Below, in pieces: positions 56,284 through 64,000 of a DNA stretch of 64,000 nucleotides. Below the pieces are notes generated by a model, which had not been told where the DNA came from, ran no database searches, and saw only the letters and a list, made by a program, of their open reading frames with translations. Source of the DNA: an uncultured Methanomassiliicoccus sp. (GTDB lineage Archaea > Thermoplasmatota > Thermoplasmata > Methanomassiliicoccales > UBA472); NCBI GenBank assembly GCA_964585915.1, contig CAZPFU010000005.1, positions 7,452-71,451 on the forward strand, given 5' to 3'. Position numbers and translations under genes: made by a program. Position 1 is the stretch's first letter. Each line of letters starts with the position of its first letter.

Positions 56284-57096
56284 TTATGTCCCTCTTTTTG
56301 AGATGATCGCCTGGATGAACACTGCGGTCAAGAATCCCAGGACGATATAACCGCTGATCGATTCAAAGACGGTGACGCTTTTCCCAATACCTACGGGAAC
56401 GATCTCCGATGAGCCCAGGGTGGTGAAGATGAGACCGCTGTAATACATGGCGTCCTCAAAGCTTACCGAGGCCAGGATCGGTCCGGAACCGCCGGTGGAC
56501 GCCGGTGCCCAGGTCAGGAGCCCGTTCACATAGTAGACCGTGGCGAACGTGTACATGATCAGTACTATGGTCAGGAGCACCAGGCCCAGCGGGACCTTCG
56601 ACCCCTTCTGCACGATGCCCTGCCTTATCACCGATTCCACCAGCATGATAACGATAAGCAGTAGCGGGACGAGTATGACCATGGAAGACGTTGCCCTGAG
56701 CACCGCGATGACCTCGTTGCCGGTCAGGAGGGTCGTGAGTATCGTCATCGAATAGAGAATGATCGGTATGGATATCGAAATGCAGATACCTTGGCCGGCC
56801 TTCTTCAGGCGCGGGTCGGCCTCCCTCCTCATGGCCAGGTAGACGACGAATATCATAAGACCGAACATTATGGTCAGCCCCGAGAAGACGGTGGCCGATT
56901 CCAGCTCGCCGGTGGTGCTCTTGTTCGGACCACCAAGCAACGGGACAATAAGGAATATGGAGAAGAAGGCGATCATTATGAACATGGCCGGATAATTTGA
57001 ACCGTGGGCTAGCTTGACGAAGAAGTCGTATATGCCGCTGCTTGAGTAATAGTGCTCCAAGCCGCTTCGGTCCTCGCTCATCGGGTTCGGGTCCAT
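56284..57096 (-). CDS. Membrane protein with a C-terminal two-TM (Ion_trans_2) channel domain
   Basis: SFEDAMYYSGLIFTTLGSSEIVPVG..K.VTVFESISG pore-helix/filter/TM2 layout. Confidence 0.7.
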   Translation of the reverse strand: MDPNPMSEDRSGLEHYYSSSGIYDFFVKLAHGSNYPAMFIMIAFFSIFLIVPLLGGPNKSTTGELESATVFSGLTIMFGLMIFVVYLAMRREADPRLKKAGQGICISISIPIILYSMTILTTLLTGNEVIAVLRATSSMVILVPLLLIVIMLVESVIRQGIVQKGSKVPLGLVLLTIVLIMYTFATVYYVNGLLTWAPASTGGSGPILASVSFEDAMYYSGLIFTTLGSSEIVPVGIGKSVTVFESISGYIVLGFLTAVFIQAIISKRGT

Positions 57097-57214
57097 CTAT
57101 TGCTAAAGATACGATATATTCCTTTGGAACGGCTGGGACGGATGGTCGGAACTTATTTTGATCGTTCCGGGGCTCTGTAGCAATCGACACATCGTGCTCG
57201 CGTTGAGGTCCGAT

Positions 57215-57808
57215 TCATCCCCTCAGCTCTGGCGAGGCTATGAGATACCCTCCGAAGACCAGCATCCAGATGAGACAGGGGAAGGCGATCATCCGTTCCA
57301 CACCGCCGTGCCCGATGCTGCCGGTGACGTCCAGTGAACCGGAGTCAACCATGATCATGACCGGGACGAAGATGATGCCTAGGATGCCCAACAGCAGCGA
57401 TATCCTGTTAAGGGGGAACTTGGCCAGCCGTCCGGCGATCATGGCCTCCACGTTTATGAAGACGAAGGCGAACAGAGCGAACAATCCGTGAACGCCACTG
57501 GGGTGGTCCAGAGGTATGAGGCCGGCGCCCATGGCCCCTATGCCCCCCAGAGCGAAGGCGATCAGGACCTTGCGGTCCCCGATGGCCTTGTAGAGAACAT
57601 AACCCGCCGCGAAGTTCAGCAGTCCTATCAGGAACAGGGATGCGTTGAACAGCAGTTCCGATTCTGCGATGGTCCCCAGGTCGCTGATGGCGTTGTCGTG
57701 CATGCTGTATCCCGGCGCCATGGACTCCCCCAGCATAAGGGCGATCAGGAACTGTCCTGCCGCCAAGGCCAGAAGATAACCGGCAATGGTCTTGTTGAAG
57801 AAATTCAT
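57215..57808 (-). CDS. DUF998 family membrane protein
   Basis: APGYSMHDNAISDLG, HGLFA, GGVERM. Confidence 0.8.
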   Translation of the reverse strand: MNFFNKTIAGYLLALAAGQFLIALMLGESMAPGYSMHDNAISDLGTIAESELLFNASLFLIGLLNFAAGYVLYKAIGDRKVLIAFALGGIGAMGAGLIPLDHPSGVHGLFALFAFVFINVEAMIAGRLAKFPLNRISLLLGILGIIFVPVMIMVDSGSLDVTGSIGHGGVERMIAFPCLIWMLVFGGYLIASPELRG

Positions 57809-58032
57809 CTAAATCCCCACGCGCTCTGATTTACGCGCTATATTAAAAAATATTATGACGCTAATTGAATTAATGGCGTTAACCAGAGATTAATAACTGT
57901 TATCTACAATAAATTTAAAACGTACCTGTGAGCGATTAAACCTCCATGATGATCGGGGGCTCGAGCAAAATCATCCTATATACGTCCTGACCATAATTTC
58001 CGGGAGGGGTAACTCGCCCTAAAGGTGCTGTC

Positions 58033-59805
58033 ATGAAGGTGGAACTCAAGGTATTTTCAGCCGTGTCATTGGTCGTGGTATTGCTGTTCGGATTGTTGCC
58101 GTTGAACGGAGCGCAGGCCGAACCCATGGAAGGAGCCTGGGACGGCGGCCAAGCTTTACAGAGGAGCATGAACAACGGTTTTGACCCTTGGGTCGCCCAA
58201 TCATCTAATGGGAACAAGATCGTGGTTTGGATAGAGAGCGACGCGGCCCCGAACTACTTCCTTTGCTTCTCGATGTACACGCCCTTGACGGGTTGGAGCT
58301 GGCCAGAGACCTTGGCCGGCAATTGGGGCGGCAATATAATGTCCAATCCCCAGGTGGGCATGAGCGATAACGGAAGCGCGGTGGTCAGCTGGATCGCTTA
58401 CGGTTGGGAAGATCATGTTTATTCTCGAACTTTTATAGCTGACTTCGGATGGGGTGATACATTCGACCACGGTCAGACCGCTTCCATCAATTCAAAGGAA
58501 TACAGACTGTCGGTGAATGGCAACGGTGATGCCATACTGGCCCATGAGTCCTTTAACAGCACCGAACGCAGCGTGGCGGTGTGGACATATCATGCAGGAT
58601 CGGGATGGGATGCCGTCCCGGAGGTCTTGGAGACCGTTCCTTTGGCCACCGATCTGTATTACGTTAAAGCAGTACTGAGCGACTCCAGTCGGGCTGCGGC
58701 GGTATGGCAGACCATTGATTCCAATTACAGGGTGATGGTCTCCACTAGGAGCGTGGAAGGTGTTTGGGGGGCCCCCGAGGAGATTGATGACGCTGGAACA
58801 TGGGACTTCACCACCAGGGTGGGAATCGATGATTCCACGGGAGAGTTCATGGTCACCTACAGCAAGTTCGAGACTCCTTACACCAACACCTATTACAGCG
58901 TTACCGACGGTGGTATCTGGTCGACACCGATGCCGGTAGCCGGTGTGACAGAATCCAATTGTTGGAATCAGAACATGGTCATGAACCGCTTAGGCGTAGC
59001 CGTCGTTGTGACCACGGAATACATCAACCCGGGTTGGAACGTAAACGCGACCTTTTACTCGAACGGTGAATGGACGACACCGATCTCCATCGCGACCAAC
59101 CTCACTGGACTTTTCTATCCGGAAGTGGCCATAGATGACCTGGGCAGGGCGGCGGTGTCCTTCACGATAGAGGATGACCGAGTGGTCTCCATATACACCT
59201 CAGGGGATGGATGGACGGAACCTGAACCGGTGGAGGCGGATGCTCTTGGAAGCACCTACAGCTTAGGTTCGATCAGTCTGGTATCTGATTCTATCCTTGT
59301 GGGATACATCTCCTCCTATGGAGTGGGAACAATATGGGCTAGTTTGTTCGAGGCTCCGGACACCAACGCGCCGACGCTTTTAATCGACCAGGCCCTGACC
59401 AGCGATACCGACAGGCCAATGTTCGAGATCACCGGAACGACCGAGCCTGGTGCCACGGTGGATGTGAACGGGAGACCGGTGGCCGTCTCCGCCTCGGGGG
59501 AGTTCTCGATACTGGTCGAACTCTCTGCAGGAGAAAACTCGCTGGTGGTCGTCGCTACTGACGAAGCGGGGAACAACGCCACCAAGACCCTGATGGTGAC
59601 CTACAACGACCCGCTGCCGGGGCTCGAGGAGCGGATCGGTGACCAGCAGGGCGCGATCGACCAGTTGCAGGAGGACCTGGACGCGGCGAACGATAAGATC
59701 GCTGGCGTGGAGTCCACGGCCATGATGTTCGGGATATTGGGCGTCGTGGGTCTGATCGTGGCCATCGTGGCGCTGGTCATGATGTTCCTGCGCCGGAAGG
59801 GATGA
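58033..59805 (+). CDS. Surface protein: signal peptide, beta-propeller-like repeats, Ig-like domain, coiled coil, C-terminal TM
   Basis: Repeated P.V..N.NG.A...W...W..PE units; DTNAP...ITGTTEPGATVDVNG Ig; heptad segment; TM plus RRK. Confidence 0.75.
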   Translation: MKVELKVFSAVSLVVVLLFGLLPLNGAQAEPMEGAWDGGQALQRSMNNGFDPWVAQSSNGNKIVVWIESDAAPNYFLCFSMYTPLTGWSWPETLAGNWGGNIMSNPQVGMSDNGSAVVSWIAYGWEDHVYSRTFIADFGWGDTFDHGQTASINSKEYRLSVNGNGDAILAHESFNSTERSVAVWTYHAGSGWDAVPEVLETVPLATDLYYVKAVLSDSSRAAAVWQTIDSNYRVMVSTRSVEGVWGAPEEIDDAGTWDFTTRVGIDDSTGEFMVTYSKFETPYTNTYYSVTDGGIWSTPMPVAGVTESNCWNQNMVMNRLGVAVVVTTEYINPGWNVNATFYSNGEWTTPISIATNLTGLFYPEVAIDDLGRAAVSFTIEDDRVVSIYTSGDGWTEPEPVEADALGSTYSLGSISLVSDSILVGYISSYGVGTIWASLFEAPDTNAPTLLIDQALTSDTDRPMFEITGTTEPGATVDVNGRPVAVSASGEFSILVELSAGENSLVVVATDEAGNNATKTLMVTYNDPLPGLEERIGDQQGAIDQLQEDLDAANDKIAGVESTAMMFGILGVVGLIVAIVALVMMFLRRKG

Positions 59806-59823
59806 GGACCGTCCGCTAAACCC

Positions 59824-59843
59824 TTTTCAGTTCTCCTTTTTTT
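59824..59843 (+). terminator. U-rich terminator after the surface protein gene
   Basis: TTTTCAGTTCTCCTTTTTTT about 20 nt after the stop. Confidence 0.55.
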
Positions 59844-59901
59844 AACCAGAATGATATCGCCATTAAGTTGTGGTATCTGCCCCTAGGATAAAGCCGGAGA
59901 C

Positions 59902-61719
59902 CTATCGTTCCTCATCGGGATTGGGTGCGCACCTATCCTCCTTCGAACTGTTCGAATTGCGCATCCTTTTTTCTTTATCCATTATGTAGACGAGCAGGAA
60001 CAACCCGAGCGCATTGACCACCGTCATGGGAAGGAAGAGCGCCCTGATCGTTTCGAGCACCACCTCTGTCGATCCTCCTTGCTGAAGCAGCGGGAGGAAA
60101 AGGAGCAGGTGCATGGATTCCGCGAGCACTCCTGTGAACACCGCTTTCCTGTAGTCGATCCGACCTTTCCAATAACGGGACAGGAGACCGGACACTAGTC
60201 CTGCGGAAACAGTGGCGGCGAAGCAGGCGGTGGCTGTCCATCCTCCCATGCTATAACGATAGGCGCCTCCGATGAGACCGACGAACATACCGACCAGCGG
60301 CCCTCCCAGTAGCCCGGCCATCATGGCTCCCAGGTCACGGAAGTTTATCACCAGCCCCGCGAACTCGATCCCGGCCGCGGTGCCGAACACGGAAAAGGCG
60401 GAGAAGATCAGGATCATCGCCGCCATTCCTTTCATCTTCCGGGCGTTTTTCAACAGCCAGGACAGCGCTCCAAACCTCTGCATCGCATACAGGACCGCTC
60501 CGACCGCCATCATCCTGAGGGCCAGCGGCAGGCCGAAGTTCAGGAGGAAGCTCTCCTCCAAGAGCGCCGTTATGAGGAAGAACGAACTGCCTATCAAAGC
60601 AACGACTGTCCAGAGCGTCCCTCCGCGCGCATGCTCTGGCAATCGCATGTCTACGTAGATGATCACGAACCCGGCCATGGCGAACATGGCCGCGGAGACC
60701 GCACTAACGACCCTCATCACGGTGCCTGGGGCTTCAATTATGATGCTTGTGACGATGATGAGCATGAAGACCGTTATCAGCGCCTGATAGGTCTTGCCCT
60801 TATCGCGATTCATGGCCCTGGCCTGTCTGAGCATCTTGCTGACGGCCCTCGCTCTTCCATCCATTCCGGCCATGACCACCCCGAACATCATCACCACCGC
60901 ACCTATCGGTAGCAGCAAGGATGCCGATGGAAGGCCGTCGCTAATGACCGGATCAACGATCAATAATGTCAAAAAGGTGACCACACCCACGATGAAAAAG
61001 CTCAGGCCCAGGCTCCTGCGCACATCCCTTAGCTGATTTTTATAGTCCGCCGCGGTCTTCACGTTCTTGGCCTTATCACTTAGCCAGACCGAATAGAGCA
61101 AAAGGGACAGCCCAGAACCACTTCCCGCTGCGAAGAGGACGTCCAATGGCATTGATTTGGGCGGCTCTATCGATGACACGCTTATCGAGGACGCGACCCC
61201 GCAGATGAGCACGAAAAGAGTGAAAGAGATCACCGCGTACACTGCTATCTCCATCGCTCGTCTGGACCTGAGCAGGAGAAAGCCGGATATCAGCAGAACG
61301 GCAATGAGCGCAAATACCTCCGGGGATGTCAGAAGGTCCATCAAGTCGCCTAGGTTCGAGGTCGCCCCGACCACCTTGCGAGAGTAGACGGACAGTTCTA
61401 GAACGAATACTGTGGTCACCGCCCAGACCGCCCAGTTCTTAGGCCCCGGAAGATAGGACAAACGTGCGAACACGCTCTCGTTCTTGAACAATGTATACCT
61501 GGCCAACCCATCCACGAGGGCGAACTTGAACACCAGCGAGACCAGGGCCACCGCCATGAGCGATAATCCGTACTCCCCGCCCATCCCATAGTACTCGGAG
61601 AAGTTCTTCTCGCTCATCTTGAGAGCGATTATCATCGATGGTCCCAGGAAGGCTGAGGCGCCTAAAAACCAGAGGCTCACCCGACCCCTTCCTGATCCCC
61701 CACCGACCATACGGGCCAA
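59902..61719 (-). CDS. Nramp-like transporter domain fused to a 5TM-5TMR_LYT (LytS/YhcK) sensor domain
   Basis: N-terminal LGPS...GEYG..L...K....DGLARY..; C-terminal NFRDLGAMMAGLLGGPLVG..VGLIGG.YRY..GG. Confidence 0.7.
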   Translation of the reverse strand: MARMVGGGSGRGRVSLWFLGASAFLGPSMIIALKMSEKNFSEYYGMGGEYGLSLMAVALVSLVFKFALVDGLARYTLFKNESVFARLSYLPGPKNWAVWAVTTVFVLELSVYSRKVVGATSNLGDLMDLLTSPEVFALIAVLLISGFLLLRSRRAMEIAVYAVISFTLFVLICGVASSISVSSIEPPKSMPLDVLFAAGSGSGLSLLLYSVWLSDKAKNVKTAADYKNQLRDVRRSLGLSFFIVGVVTFLTLLIVDPVISDGLPSASLLLPIGAVVMMFGVVMAGMDGRARAVSKMLRQARAMNRDKGKTYQALITVFMLIIVTSIIIEAPGTVMRVVSAVSAAMFAMAGFVIIYVDMRLPEHARGGTLWTVVALIGSSFFLITALLEESFLLNFGLPLALRMMAVGAVLYAMQRFGALSWLLKNARKMKGMAAMILIFSAFSVFGTAAGIEFAGLVINFRDLGAMMAGLLGGPLVGMFVGLIGGAYRYSMGGWTATACFAATVSAGLVSGLLSRYWKGRIDYRKAVFTGVLAESMHLLLFLPLLQQGGSTEVVLETIRALFLPMTVVNALGLFLLVYIMDKEKRMRNSNSSKEDRCAPNPDEER

Positions 61720-61776
61720 TTAGGACAATGTTAGAAGAATAAATTATCGCTCAGACTGTGGAATTGCATGATATAA

Positions 61777-61863
61777 TGGTGCGGGGGAAGGGATTCGAAC
61801 CCTTGAACCACTAAGGACAGAATCTTAAGTCCTGCGCCGTTGGCCAAGCTTGGCTACCCCCGC
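61777..61863 (-). tRNA. tRNA-Leu (TAA), CCA encoded
   Basis: GCGGGGG/CCCCCGC acceptor, CAGGA-CT-TAA-GA-TTCTG anticodon arm, long variable arm, AAGGG-TTCGAAT-CCCTT T arm. Confidence 0.95.
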
Positions 61864-61915
61864 GCAGTTCGGCCATGGCCGATTTGACATAATAAATTTG
61901 CCGAAAGCAACGATC

Positions 61916-62764
61916 TCACTTGATGAAGGTCCCGGCCTTCAGCTCGCTGAAGGCCAGGTCCAGCTCCTCCCTGGTATTCATCACGATCGGCCCGCCCCAA
62001 GCTATCGGCTCCTTCAAAGGTTTCGCCGAGGCCAGGATATACTTGGCCGCTCTCCTACCGGTGCCCAGCTTGTACGTGTCGCCGGGTCCGAACACCGCGA
62101 CGCTTCCGGCCGGCACCGTCTTGGGGTGCTCATCCCCGATGATGAGCTCTCCCTCATAGACCATCACGAAACCGTTCCTCTCCGCGGACATCTCGTGCTC
62201 CAGGAAGGTTCGCGGACCAAGTGACATGTCCAGATACTTGACGTCAACCACCAGGTCCTTGACCGGTCCGACCAATCCCTGCGATTCCCCGGCTATGACC
62301 CTTATCTTGGACCCGTTGCCGAGGTCGTATACCGGTATCTCCTCGCTCTTGATCTCCCGATAGCGAGGAGGCATCATCTTGTTGGCCTTGGGCAGGTTCA
62401 CCCAAAGCTGGAGCCCTTGCATCCAGCCCTTGGCCTTCCTGGGCATCTCCTCGTGCAATATGCCGCTCCCGGCGGTCATCCACTGCACGTCGCCAGGGCC
62501 GATGGTGCCGTGGTTCCCCAAAGAATCCTTATGATCGACGTACCCGTCCAGCATGTAGGTTACCGTCTCGATGCCCCGGTGGGGGTGCATCGGGAACCCG
62601 GGCATGTAGTCCTCCGGACGGTCGGAGCCGAAATGGTCCAGCATCAGGAACGGGTCGAGCAAACCGGCCTCATCCCGGCTGAACATCCTGGTCAGTTTAA
62701 CACCGGCCCCGTCGTGAGTCGGATAGCCTTGGATGACCTTGGCCACCTCTCTAATCGATGCCAT
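61916..62764 (-). CDS. Pirin family protein
   Basis: DPFLMLDHF, GFPMHPHRGIETVTY, QWMTAGSGILHEE, QLWVNLP. Confidence 0.95.
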   Translation of the reverse strand: MASIREVAKVIQGYPTHDGAGVKLTRMFSRDEAGLLDPFLMLDHFGSDRPEDYMPGFPMHPHRGIETVTYMLDGYVDHKDSLGNHGTIGPGDVQWMTAGSGILHEEMPRKAKGWMQGLQLWVNLPKANKMMPPRYREIKSEEIPVYDLGNGSKIRVIAGESQGLVGPVKDLVVDVKYLDMSLGPRTFLEHEMSAERNGFVMVYEGELIIGDEHPKTVPAGSVAVFGPGDTYKLGTGRRAAKYILASAKPLKEPIAWGGPIVMNTREELDLAFSELKAGTFIK

Positions 62765-62829
62765 GAAATCTATTATCGTTTAAGGTGGGATATGAATAAA
62801 TCGCCTTTCCACCATCTTACCCACGAAAT

Positions 62830-63024
62830 ATGTCCAAGGAAAAGGTTCGCAAGATAGCCTGGCATTGCGCTGCCGGGCATGACTTTGAGGTCGAGGTGGA
62901 ATGGCAGCAAGAGCGCTGCCCGGTCTGCGGGGGGACGGACCTGCACAGGATCGAGAAGTATGGACCGATAGCCCGTTTTCTTGGACTCGATATTAAACGC
63001 GAAAGGAGCAAGTTCTGGAGGTGA
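62830..63024 (+). CDS. 64-aa zinc-ribbon microprotein
   Basis: CAAGHDF...CPVCGG; ends next to the GGAGGTGAGG RBS of the DJ-1 gene. Confidence 0.7.
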   Translation: MSKEKVRKIAWHCAAGHDFEVEVEWQQERCPVCGGTDLHRIEKYGPIARFLGLDIKRERSKFWR

Positions 63025-63028
63025 GGGT

Positions 63029-63607
63029 TTGGAAGAGGCAAGAATATTTTACCTGCTCTACGAAGGTTATGCTGGTTTCGAACTGGCGTTCGCCGCGAAT
63101 AACCTCATGCGCTTCAAGACCTCGACTGTCGGTTTCGGTAGAACGCCCTGCCGCTCCCTGGAGAACCTATGGACCGTGGTGGACATGGACGTGGAAGAGC
63201 TGGACCCGGAGAAGGTGGACCTCCTGATCATCCCCGGCGGCCATCCGTCGGATATCATCAACGATCCGAAGATGAGGGACAGGGTCAACGTCCTTCTGGA
63301 GAAGATCAGGGAGATAGACCGGCGCGGAGGTAAGCTCGCAGCCATCTGTGGCGGGCCGGAATGGCTGGCCGCGGCCGGTGTTCTCGACGGACGAAGATGC
63401 ACCCACAGCCAGGAACAGCCGGCCAAGGCCTTTGGGAAGGCGATCTTTACGAACGAATATCTAACCATCGACGGCAACATCATCACCGCTCAGGGCCAGG
63501 CCTACGCGGAGTTCGCGGTGGAGATGGGCCGGCAGATGGGCATATACAATACCGAGGATGAGGCCAAGGCCGACCTGGATTGGCTGAGGGACCGCAAAAA
63601 TCAGTGA
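63029..63607 (+). CDS. DJ-1/PfpI family protein
   Basis: LIIPGG, AAICGGP (nucleophile Cys), DGNIITAQG; TTG start after GGAGGTGAGG. Confidence 0.88.
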   Translation: MEEARIFYLLYEGYAGFELAFAANNLMRFKTSTVGFGRTPCRSLENLWTVVDMDVEELDPEKVDLLIIPGGHPSDIINDPKMRDRVNVLLEKIREIDRRGGKLAAICGGPEWLAAAGVLDGRRCTHSQEQPAKAFGKAIFTNEYLTIDGNIITAQGQAYAEFAVEMGRQMGIYNTEDEAKADLDWLRDRKNQ

Positions 63608-63690
63608 TCGATGCGATGACGCGCATCCCAAAGAAATGCCTTCGAGCCCGAAGCCCATCTATTTTATATTAAATCTGAGATAATCCCACC

Positions 63691-64000
63691 CATGCATTAT
63701 CCAGAGGCCAAGAGACCGGTGAACGTTACCGTGCTGTCGGCCTTCGAGGCGTTCTACGGGCTCCTGGGCATCGTGAGCGGGGTCATCCTCATCGCCGACC
63801 CGTCAGGTGCGGGAATGGGTTTCACGTCCGATCTGCTGGACAAGATGCCTTTCCACAGCTTCCTACCCGTCGGCCTGTTCCTCTTCATCGTCTATGGCAT
63901 CGGCGGTCTTTTTCTGGCGTACGGGGCTTTCACCCGCCAGGAGCTTTTTCTGAGATGGCTGAGCGACCGTTCCGGACATCACTGGTCCTGGACCGGGGGC
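63691..64000 (+). CDS. Membrane protein, N-terminal fragment (runs off the window end)
   Basis: MHYPEAKRP...GLLGIVSGVILIADPSGAGMG...PFHSFLPVGLFLF; open to the end of the window. Confidence 0.7.

Noticed and set aside
57809-61863. Integrative element at tRNA-Leu (and likewise at tRNA-Pro)
   Set aside because: No integrase, transposase or duplicated tRNA 3' end seen in the window
1-64000. CRISPR arrays, rRNA genes, inteins in radA/xpd
   Set aside because: No regularly spaced direct repeats or rRNA-like segments; RadA and XPD have normal lengths with uninterrupted motifs

Overview
Gene-dense, high-GC archaeal chromosomal window, most consistent with a methylotrophic methanogen of the Methanomassiliicoccales (Thermoplasmatota). 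This is an inference from gene content: an MtaA/MtbA-type methyltransferase, archaeal ether-lipid genes, the rpl44e-rps27e-aIF2alpha-nop10-PAC2 operon, radA/radB and BspA-like surface proteins. About 71 CDS and three tRNAs (Pro-TGG, intron-containing Tyr-GTA, Leu-TAA) are supported. No rRNA, CRISPR array, integrase or transposase was seen. Bases 1-29300 are mostly housekeeping (isoprenoid/lipid synthesis, DNA repair, tRNA modification, translation), with a small metal/redox block after tRNA-Pro. Bases 29300-64000 are largely accessory. The strongest candidate for an undescribed system is a three-gene operon at 45711-49053 (minus strand). It encodes a zinc-ribbon membrane protein, a large single-pass membrane protein ending in a cytoplasmic H(CA)6GGGR tail, and a translationally coupled radical SAM/SPASM enzyme with a PqqD/RRE-like N-terminus. 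This looks like RiPP-type post-translational chemistry aimed at a full-size membrane protein. A second candidate (29343-35161) links a zinc MT2-type methyltransferase, a cysteine-free DVU_1557-like protein, a TrsS/Tes-superfamily radical SAM enzyme and a DVU_1553-like CoA ligase. All family calls come from motif recognition by eye; no database searches were run.
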